From assembly GCA_951406725.2 (NCBI GenBank), contig OX597827.1, positions 41,354,001-41,418,000 on the forward strand: a DNA stretch of 64,000 bases, given 5' to 3'. How positions within the stretch are numbered: position 1 is the first letter of the stretch; the number at the start of each line of letters is the position of its first letter. Of the stretch, positions 53,085 through 64,000 are shown one piece after another. The notes beneath the pieces are model-generated. The model was not told the origin of the DNA, searched no databases, and saw only the letters and a list, made by a program, of their open reading frames with translations. The translations under genes were made by a program, and so were the position numbers. Origin of the DNA: Octopus vulgaris. Its lineage: Eukaryota.

Positions 53085-54354
53085 ACACAAGCACGCACGC
53101 ACACACACACGCACACACACACGCACACACACAAACACACGCATACATGCACGCATACTCACACAAACGCATACACCTACAAGCATACACTCATCAATAC
53201 ACTCTCACGCATACATATACATATCCACACTCACGCATACACATACACACGCGCACACACATGCACACACACGCATACACACAAACACACTTACGCATAC
53301 ACGTACACACACGCACACACATGCACACACACACGCATACACACACACGCATACACATACACACACGCACATACATGCACACACACACACACACTCACGC
53401 ATACGCATACATACATAGTGGCACAGTCACACACATATACAAACATATGGTCATACGTCGTTACACATATGCACATATACACTTATAAGTGCACACACAT
53501 ATACGTACAAAGATACACAGTGAGACAAATTCATACAAGCACACACTGGCATACATACACAAATTCACATGCAAACACACATACTTACGTACATACAGAT
53601 ACATGTACACACAGAGATACATACATACATACATACATATGCATACATACATACATACAGATACATACATACATACATACATACATACATACATACATAC
53701 ATACATACATACATACATACATACATACATACATACATACATACATACATACATACATACATACATACATACATACATACATACAGATACATACATACAT
53801 ACATACATACATACATGCATGCATGCATACATACATGCATGCATGCATACATACATACATACATACACAGATACATACATACATACGTGCATACATACAT
53901 ACATATATACATACATATACATACGTTCATGCATATATGCATCTATGCATGCACGCATACATACAGATGCATACACATACATATATACATACATACATAC
54001 ATACATACATACATACATACATACATACATACATACATACATACATACAAACAGATACATACGTTCATAAATACATACATACATACATTCATACATACAG
54101 ATACATACATACATACATACATACATACATACATACAGATACATACACACAGATACATACATACATACATACAGATATATACATTCATACATATATACAG
54201 ATACATACTTGAATGCATACACTATATACATGCATATAGTTTCCCATTCTTGTATACACATATCCTTGCGAATTTATATAGATATACACATACACACACC
54301 CATGCACAGGAACACGCATGCACACACACACACACACACACATACACACACGTG

Positions 54355-54389
<35 letters not shown>

Positions 54390-54390
54390 A
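53085..54390. repeat. (CA)n/(CATA)n microsatellite block
   Basis: Direct reading; source of the spurious HT/YI/MYVC ORFs. Confidence 0.95.
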
Positions 54391-54703
54391 GGGCAGCTCA
54401 CACTTTCCAGCAGCCCTGTAAAAGCTCTGAAGAGTATTACACCGTCTCGTCCCCCCCCCCTCACACACTGTTGGATGCATAGAGATTGAAGGAGGTGCAG
54501 GGATTGGGAAGTAGTCAGAGTAGGGAACGACAGTAATGAAAGAGAGATACAGAGAAAGACAGAGAGAGAGAGAGAGAGAGAGAGTTAAAGAGAGACAGAG
54601 AGAAAAAACAGGGAGAGCAAGAGGAGAGGGAGATCGAGAACAGGAGGGAGTAATGGGAATGGCGAACAGTGGTCATAGTAATGTTGTGTGTGTGTGTGTG
54701 TGT

Positions 54704-54755
<52 letters not shown>

Positions 54756-54958
54756 TGGACTTCGTGGCATTGGACAGAAACAGATCGATGGTTCTGACCT
54801 AGATTTTCTAACTCTCTCCTTCATCTCTTCCTCTTTTTTCCCCTCTCTCTCTCTCTCTCTTTCTCGCCACTTCTCCCGCACCCCCACCTCCCCACCAGCC
54901 TCTCTTCCTCTCGAAACGCATCTTAGTAACCAGAACATTAAGAAGACAGTGTTGTTGC

Positions 54959-54989
<31 letters not shown>

Positions 54990-55859
54990 ATTGTTGTTGT
55001 TGTTTAACCCCCAGCTCGGCTCTGACCTCTCAAACCTATGAACGAAAAGGCATTCCATCTGTGACCATTCCGTCATCATTTGTTGTTTGTTTGTTTTTCA
55101 TCCAGTCTTACTCAAGATTATCCAATGTGAACTTTTCTCTCACCCTCTTTCCCCTCTCCCCACCTCCCTTTAACACCTTCTCTCAATCTCTCGCTCCTCT
55201 CTCTATTTCTTCTCTCTCTTTTCCTCCCCTCACTCTCTCACCCGCACCCCCTAATTTCTCTCTTCCATCCTCTTCCTGTCCCCCTCTCTCTTCTCTCCTC
55301 TACCACTCTCCCCTCCCCTCTCCCCTCCAACTCCCCTCCTCTCCCTCTCTCTACAGGTGGAAAAATGGGATCTGAAATAAATTTGGTTGTGATTTCTAGC
55401 AGATCCAGTACCCCAGGTTGAGTCATCCTCGTGGACTAGTTGTTATGGTTGTTGTACAGCATCCAGGTATAGTCTTCTGTGTTGTTGTTATCGTTGCTGT
55501 TGTCTAACCTCAAATCACCCAGAATGTCGACTGAACAAGACACAGATCCTTTCACTACCTATACCCCATTATACTCCCTTTATACCCCAACATCTCTGTC
55601 CATCTTTAAATTACATTACATACTCCGACATGCATTGATGTTCGTTGTTTTGCTTGCTTGTTTTTCTTTTTTATTTCATATGCTGAATCTTAAGGGAGAG
55701 ACAGAGCCTACGACCTTTGCTGAGCGTCCAGAAACAAGTGAGGTTGATACCGTTAATGTCCCATTTTAGACTGTTACAGATCAACACTATCTGCAGGAAA
55801 GACTTGACCGGGGAGGAGATTCCAGAGGGACGCATGTACAGGGGACTAAGGATTGGCTA

Positions 55860-56480
55860 TAATGGTAAGTACAGGGAAAGGGTCGTTGGATGTATCAAGA
55901 ATACAGAGAGGTGGAGAGACGAGTGGGGAAGAGGGCGAGGGTTTGAGTGGTGGAAGTACGAGTCTAGTCAACTCCAAGGAGCAGAGACCGTCATAGCAGC
56001 GATGAAAAATGAGTGAGGAGATAATACGTATGTGGGCCAGAAGCTGGAGCGTGTCCGTTCGTGACTGGATGTCAATCAGCCGAGTGGCTCTCGGGTCATT
56101 ATGAGAGCGATAGAAAAAACAGAGTGAAGACAGTACTCCAGAGGCTGGAGTGTGTCTGGTTCTGATGGAGTGCTATAATCAGCCGAGTCTTCAGAGAAAA
56201 GACAGAGTGAGGAGACAGCATGTCCGTGGATCAAAACCTGGAGTGTGTCCGGTAGTGCTGGAGTACCAAATCAGCCGAGTGGGCTTCGTCTAGATACCAA
56301 TAAAGATGTCAGCGTGCGTAATAGCACGGTCCCAGATGTGGAATCACTATTTCATTGGAGATATCACAGGGAAAACTCACTTGAGTCTTGTAGAATGTCC
56401 GCAGCTGTTGGAGGATGAAAAATCGTCTGGTTCCATGGGATGCAGGATGACAGCTTGAACACTACAGTCCATCCCTGTAC
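55860..56480 (-). mobile_element. CR1/L2/Jockey-like LINE 3' fragment with an internal triplication
   Basis: RATRLIDIQSRTDTLQLLAH...SSLIFHRCYDGLCSLEL resembles the LINE ORF2 C-terminal LQPL.HRR.VASL.LFY region. Confidence 0.55.
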
Positions 56481-56514
56481 ATCTCTAGATTCTGGTGGCG
56501 GCTACTACGGAGGT

Positions 56515-56823
56515 AACTGGAACTCCGTCGGTTACAACGGTGACGAAGGTTCCAGTTGATCCGAACAACAGAACAGCCTGCTCATGAGATTAACACGGAA
56601 GTAGCTGAGAACTCCACAAGCACACGTAACCTTAACGTAATTCTCAGGGACACAGAATGTGACACAGAATCACAGGTATAACTCATCATTTTGTCAGCAG
56701 AGCTAACTGGAGCAACGTGAAATAGTGTCTTGCTCATGGATACAACACGCTGCCGGGTATCGAACTCACGACATTATTACGACCATGAGCCGAAAACGCT
56801 AACCACTAAATCCACGCACCTTC
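56515..56823 (-). mobile_element. SINE family C
   Basis: Homology to 49085-49467. Confidence 0.7.
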
Positions 56824-56958
56824 ATTATTATGGAGGTAGGCAAGATGGACTCAGATACTGCCCGACATTTGCTGATCTACGCTTATTGGCCGCGGTGCGT
56901 ATCCTGACTCAGTGTTTTTGAATCACTGATGCTGTTTAAGAGTACAAATATTTCTGCA

Positions 56959-57200
56959 TACAGGGTAGCCCAAAAGCATGTTTACAGTTGTTCAACTATC
57001 TTTTTCGTATTCATATATTAACAGTTTAGATGTTAAGTATAAAAAAAAAAATGAAACCCTTATTCTATGCTAATTTAGTTAGTTTTGTCAAGCTCCCTTT
57101 TCAGTTTGTAAGATAGACATTTGAATGTAATAAAATGTTTTAAAAGAAGTTTAAAGTGCCTACGTGATAGCTGTAAACCTACTTTTGGGCCGCCCCTGTA
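56959..57200. mobile_element. Tc1/mariner-type MITE
   Basis: TA-CAGGGTAGCCCAAAAG...TTTACAG / CTGTAAACCTACTTTTGGGCCGCCCCTG-TA. Confidence 0.7.
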
Positions 57201-57216
57201 TATATCATATAGCCAC

Positions 57217-57430
57217 TACCACCAATAACCACCACCACCACCACCACCACCACCACCACCACCACCACCACCACCACCACCACCACCACCACCACCACCA
57301 CCACCACCACCACCACCACCAGAACTCTTAATCACCTTGATCGCCACCTCTGCCACGACCATCACTTTCAAAATAAATTTAATCACCGCCACCACTGATT
57401 TCACTATTTCCATCACCAGCAGCACCCCCC

Positions 57431-57500
<70 letters not shown>

Positions 57501-57510
57501 TACTACTACT
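57217..57510. repeat. (CCA)n and (CTA)n trinucleotide tracts
   Basis: Direct reading. Confidence 0.95.
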
Positions 57511-58129
57511 ATACAAAATATTGATTTATGACTATTCATCGATTAGAATTTACAACGGTATGTGTCAGTATGTATGTGTGTGTATGTGTGTATAGGCACA
57601 TGTGTGTGTGCGTGTGTGTTTGTATTTGTGCGTGTGTGTGTTTGTAAATCGGTGTGTGTATGCGTGTACATATATATAAGTGTACATGCGTGCATACGTG
57701 GTAGTGTGTATATATATGCGCGTATATGGCTGTGTGTATGTATGTGTTGTAACTGTGTTTGTATGTTCATTTGCGCATGGATGTATGTGTGCACGTGTGT
57801 GTGTGTATGTATGTGTGTGTGCGTGCGTGTGTGTACGTGTGAGTGTATATATGTAATTTGAATGAAAATTGGCTGCTATTTCTTGTAGACTGGCGACCAG
57901 GTAGGGGATCCCTCGTTTGCCCATGTATCTATGTCTGGCTATGTGTATATACATGTGTGTATGCGTGTGAATGTGTATGCATGTGAGTCTGTATAAGCTT
58001 CTTATGTGTGCATATATGTATGTATATGTGTATGTGTGGGTGTGGGTGTGGTGCATGGAATACATATATATAATTTTTCTTCTACGTAATCCTAAGCCAC
58101 CCTCCTCATAGTCTAATCCAATCTCATAA

Positions 58130-58166
<37 letters not shown>

Positions 58167-58340
58167 GCATGCACACACATACACACACGCGTGCACATAT
58201 GCACATATATACACATGCATACTACATTCATATTCTTCGATCTTTTCCTTCGATCTCATACTCTTCGATCTTTTCTCCGGTCACTGAACCTTGTGGAAAT
58301 AGCAACCAAGTCTCTCTCAAATCAGCATACTTTACGGCAT

Positions 58341-58392
<52 letters not shown>

Positions 58393-58651
58393 TGTGTGTG
58401 CGTGTATACATATACATACACACACACGCGCGCACACACACATATATATATAGTGTGGCTTTGTGGTTAGGAGTATTTGGATCTCGATCGTAAAGCCGTC
58501 AGTTCGATACCCAGTGGCGTGTTGTGTAATTGAGCACACACTTATTGCAGCGGTCCTTCTGTTTTTCTAAGCCCTAAAAAAGAACTCGAAATGTTGGGCC
58601 ACCAGCCAGGCCTTTCACAATACCCTTGAAGCTGGGAATTTTTCAGCCCTC

Positions 58652-58703
<52 letters not shown>

Positions 58704-58838
58704 GGCCTGCTTGCTTAGCCTGCGGGGTGGCGTCATTTGAAGGCTAAAACAATGCGAAGCGCATTGTGACCAGCGATGTGTAGCAACATCTGATAGCCTG
58801 GTCGGTAACGGTATCATATATATATATATGTATATATA

Positions 58839-58888
<50 letters not shown>

Positions 58889-59321
58889 TGTATATACTTG
58901 TATATATGGAGGGGGTATGTGTACATATATATGTGTGTGCGTGTAGTGAAGGCGCGTGACTTTGTGGTCAGTGTTTTCGGTTCACGATCGTAATGTCGTG
59001 AGTTCGATTCCTTGTGGCGCGCTTTGTGTCCTTGAGCAAGACACTTTATTTCACGTTGCTCCAGTCCACTCAGCTGGCAAAAAATGAGTAGTACCTGTGA
59101 TTCAAAAGGGCTAGCCTCGCCACATTCTGTATCACGCTGACTCTCCCGCCGTCAATCTGTACCGCTGCTCGCGACGCTACCACCACTACCGCCGCTACGC
59201 TGCCACCGCCTCCACCATCACTGTCATCGCCGTCGCCACCACCGCCGCCATCATCACCATCACCACCGCTGCCTCCAACGCCACCACCACCGTCATCACC
59301 ATTAACAATTCCAGTGGGAAT

Positions 59322-59907
59322 AGTTCTTTTCTACTCTAGGCACAAAGCCCGAAATTTTTGGGGAGGGGGCCAGTCGATTAGATCGACTTCAGTACGCAAC
59401 TGGTACTTAATTTATCGACCCCGAAAAGATAAAAGGCAAAGTCGACCTCAGCGGAACTTGAATTCAGAACGTAAAGACAGACGAAATATCTATTTCTTTA
59501 CTACCCACAAGAGGCTAAACACAGAGGGGACAAACAAGGACAGACAAACGGATTAAGTCGATTACATCGACCCCAGTGCGTAACTGGTACTTAATTTATC
59601 GACCTAGAAAGGATGAAAGGCAAAGTCTTCCTCGGCGGAATTTGAACTCAGAACATAACGGCAGACGAAATACCTATTTCTTTATTACCCACAAGGGGCT
59701 AAACATAGAGGGGACAAACATGGACAGACATAGGTATTAAGTCGATTATATCGACCCCAGTGCTTAACTGGTACTTAATTTATCGACCCCGAAAGGATGA
59801 AAGGCAAAGTCGACCTCGGCGGAATTTGAACTCACAACGTAACGGCAGACGAAATACCGCTAAGCATTTCGCCGGGCGTGATAACGTTTCTGCCAGCTCG
59901 CCGCCTT
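59322..59907 (-). mobile_element. SINE family B head-to-tail trimer
   Basis: One head at ~59905; junctions at ~59672 and ~59488. Confidence 0.85.
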
Positions 59908-60280
59908 GTTCCAATGGGAATAGTTTTAGAAGGAAAGATTGAGCAATGTGCTTGGGTGTTTATAATTGTAGTTGCAAAAGGAGAGCTTGGAGCATTTGTA
60001 AGACTTGGGCAGATGTGGTATGCAGCTTGCTATTGAACTATTGATAGAAGACGCAAATAGGAATCCTTCCACACCACTCGCATCCTCAAAAACAAACTAC
60101 ACAAAAAACCCCTCAGTATTTTTACAGCACATCTGTGAACCACTGTATGCAGAGTTGTAAGCAAACAGTTCATCTGTTAGTCAATGGTTGTACCCTGTTA
60201 TGCATACTGCATAGATGTGAACAAGCGATTACCAAACTTTGAGCTAACAACGCGATTTCTGAGCCAGTGTTAAAAGAAAC

Positions 60281-60625
60281 ACTTACTTGTACTTGTGACG
60301 GCGTTCACCAAGGGCGGGTTGAGCCGGCTTCTTCTCTGGTCCTGACGGCATCACAAACCATGGCGGCCCAACGCTCGACGGTCCTGTACGAGGTCACTGG
60401 AGATAGCGAGCCATTCGCAGTTCCATCTGCGCAGACCGACCACCTGCGGACCTGAGAGTTCGGAGAGGTCCTCCTTTATCGTCGTTGCCCAGGTCTTCAG
60501 CTGCCCGCCCGTGCGTTTGCGCCAGCTGGGAAGTGGAGGTGGGAGGAGGACATCGCGAATCAGCTCACCCTCTGGACGCCGGGCTGCATGACCGAACCAC
60601 CTTAAGCGCCGTTGTAGAAGCGCAC
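60281..60625 (-). mobile_element. RTE-type LINE 3' end (5'-truncated)
   Basis: LQRRLRWFGHAARRPEGELIR...WRKRTGGQLKTW...IKEDL motif; ends in short repeats ACAAGTACAAGTAAGT. Confidence 0.8.
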
Positions 60626-61150
60626 CGAAGGGAGGGGCAGGAGGTTCAGGCGTCATAGTTAAAAGAAACAGCTCATCTTTGAACCAATAGTCGTAGCATG
60701 TTGAACAAGCTTGCATCAATGTACGGTGAAACTCTGATGGGAATTGAAATCGCAGTATTTTATTCGCTGATTATGTGATTTCGCTAACTTGGGTTGTCAT
60801 CGAAAACAATCTATACAGACAGTCTAATTATATATACGGTGAAAGCAAACAGTAACAAGAGCAATATTTGTTTTAAAAAACCCAACCAACTAACCAAACA
60901 AACAAACAAAAACGGAAAAAGAGAAAAAAACCTAGTGTCTGTCACATGCTGTGCGGTGTAATGTATAATTAATGTCCATCGGTTTTTGTGGAAACAAGTA
61001 AAATCTCATGCTGTGCACTCCTGAAAGTTAATAAAAAGTGTGCCTACGCAATAAAAGGACACGTGACTTAACTATAATTTGTCCCAGGAGAATGGGAGCA
61101 GACACAATATCATGACACCCTTGTCGTGGCTCATTACGTATTCTGAAAAT

Positions 61151-61286
<136 letters not shown>

Positions 61287-62618
61287 TGATGGTGTTGGGG
61301 GTTTAACGTTGCTGAAATACAGCAAGCTTTTAAATCTGTATCGTGTCTACTAATGCAACTAATCCAGCCGTAATAATGGTTTTTAATGAGAGATAGTCAC
61401 GGTTGGAACGTCTTTGATTAGTGCTGATCTGGAACTAAACAACAACAACAACAACAACAGAAATAATTATGTTTCTTTGTAATCGATTGATCAGCTAGAA
61501 ATAGTCACCAAACTTACTTCCAATCACTCCTGTTGTCTTTTAAATGCTCATAATTGGACAGTATAGTCCCAGCTACACTATGTTTGAATAGAGGTTGCAA
61601 TGGTCGTGGGTGGAACGGATTTAATTAGAGATGTTCTCGTCTTACTGCAGTAATCATTTTTACAAAGCCATAAATTTCTGGAAAGGAATCGGTTGGTCAC
61701 ATCGGCCTACTAATTGCCTCGTGATTAATTCATTAATTTGGAAGGATGAAAGGTAAAGTCGACATTTTGTTCGACTCAGCCAATCCATCGCCATACTGTA
61801 ATAATCAAAAACAAAGCGGTCAAAAGTGAAAGTAGCATTTTCTTAATCCTTAAAAAAAAAAGAAAAAAAAAAAGAAAGAATAAGATCATTCGGAAATGTT
61901 TCACTGTAGGGGAAGAAGGCTGAGGCGTTCTTGTCCTCTGATGAATGGCCAACTAACTGTGAAATCTTTAATTTTCAATGCACAAAGAGAATAATTTGAT
62001 GTGTTTATATCTGTTTGAAGTTCCACAGGAATAAGTTCTAAAAAACAGTAGATTAGCTACTTTATATTTATCTTAGGTTGCTAAAATACTCTGTGTAGTG
62101 AATAAATATTTATTAATTATTTTGTATCACAACAGAGACGGACGTACAGTATACAAATCAGCCTATTCATTATAAACTAATTTCTATATATGCCACATTC
62201 TTTTCTCGGTGCAGATTCTACAATGATACATGAAACCATGTGTACGAGACACAGCATTAACATTTATATTAATATTGATAGTTGTATTTCTACGTGTATG
62301 GTTATCAGATTATATGTATATTCATATGTGTTTGTGTGAGTGTGTGTATGTATGTGTGTGTGTATGCGTGTGTCTGTGTGTGTTCGTGTGTGTGTGTAAG
62401 TATATGGAAATGCATGCATGTATGTATGTATATATTTATTTGTGTGAATATGTATGTTTATGCATATAATAAGAAAACCTGTATATGTATAAATTAGTGT
62501 ATTTATATAAGTCTATTTTATGTGTGCGCGTGTGTGTGAGTATGTATATATATAGCGCCCTCGCGTCGATTCGATTCGATTCGTTCGTTTCGTTCCGTTC
62601 TTCTTCTTCTCCAAGTAC

Positions 62619-62679
<61 letters not shown>

Positions 62680-62819
62680 TATGTATATGTATATATACAA
62701 TAAAAACTGTATATATAAATTTGCTTATATATTTATACATCAGGTGGTGCTATGAAGCTAGACACGACCTGGGTCAGTCTTTGGCTGAAGCATTTCTAAG
62801 TTACCTAAGTTATATGCAT

Positions 62820-62868
<49 letters not shown>

Positions 62869-63084
62869 AACATACATACACGCATGTACATATATATATG
62901 TATATATATTTATATTTACATTTATATATATGTATCTATATGTTTGTGTGGATGTATATATATATATATATTGTATGTTATATATACATATATATGCATA
63001 TAAATACATAGATACATACATAGACACATATATACATTCACATACATTTATTTGTATGCGTACACATACACACACATGTACAGG

Positions 63085-63118
<34 letters not shown>

Positions 63119-64000
63119 TGTATGTATGTATGTATGTATGTATGTATGTATGTATGTATGTATGTATGTGTGTGTGTATGTATGTATGTATGTATGTATG
63201 TATGTGTGTGTGCATTGTATATTTTATGGATATATGCTTGGAAGAAAAATGTTTGGAGAGAGAGAAGGAGAGAGAGAAAGAGGGGGGAGAGATGGAGAGA
63301 GGAACGTTAGAGGGAAAGAAGGAAAGAAAGAAGTAGAAAGGAAGCAAGTGGATGAAAGGAGAGAAAGTTGCGTTGAAAATGATGGAACTTTTATTGTACA
63401 CACATACACACAGCCATACATCTAAACACACACACACATACATACACACACACACATACATACACTCACACACTCACACATACACTCTCGTTTCTCACAG
63501 ATACACACACGCAAACACAAACACACACGCACACGCACACACACACGAGCACACACTCATACAACAAAATTTTGCGATTGTGAATTCTGGAAAAAGCCAA
63601 ATGAATGTCAAAGTAAAAAGAAAAAAAAGAAGAGAAAAAGAAATCGAAGAGGAGAACGAAATGAGAAAGAACGAAAAGAAATAAAAAGCAAAAAAAAAAC
63701 AAAAAAAAAAACAAACCAAACAAGCCAAAAAAAAAAAAAAATACCGCCAAAACACGAAGCTAAGATTTCACAAAGGTTACATGTAAAATACGAAATGGAG
63801 AAACATGCCGAATGAAAATGTAAAAGTTCAACGAAGTGAAAAGAACTTTGATCAGTATCGATTTCTGACATAGGCACAAGAGTCCGAAATATTTGGCGAA
63901 GAGGTAAGGTCATTTTTATATTCGACCTTGCTGAAAGACGAAACCGACCTCGGCGTCGTTTGAACACAGATCGTAAAGAGCGAGTGAGAGAGAGAGAGAG

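Noticed and set aside
55130-55380. Long polypyrimidine tract ending in CTACAG as an exon acceptor
   Set aside because: No convincing coding exon follows; low-complexity CT sequence.
61938-61970. CTGATGA...GAAA motif (similar weak cases at ~19840-19873 on - and ~38150-38180)
   Set aside because: Stem II weak, stem I absent or core mutated; compatible with chance.

Overview
Eukaryotic, AT-rich, microsatellite-dense genomic DNA. The tRNA-derived SINE families and the tandem C2H2 gene suggest a coleoid cephalopod, probably Octopus (inference). There are two protein-coding loci. (1) The 3' part of a very large + strand gene: a >6.7 kb exon open from the window start to a donor at 6775, then a terminal exon ending at 11800. 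It encodes a divergent SKI/SnoN-like protein with a DHD (Ski_Sno-like) domain, a SAND-like Smad4-binding-type domain and two HCF-1-binding-type motifs. Its reading frame breaks at ~9571-9597, which is either an assembly indel or an alternative acceptor. (2) A 17-finger C2H2 zinc-finger gene on the - strand (29971-31572). The rest is SINEs of at least 3 families, LINE fragments, hAT/mariner/piggyBac/Helentron-type remnants and simple repeats, which account for most of the ORF track. The most interesting non-coding signal is a set of minimal type-I hammerhead-ribozyme cores with palindromic stem III (Penelope-like). Several sit inside long fold-back inverted repeats. One lies downstream of a tRNA-like Pol III head with a 5' inverted duplication (41175-41476), a candidate Penelope-dependent, ribozyme-bearing SINE. 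Repeat boundaries were read by eye and are approximate.
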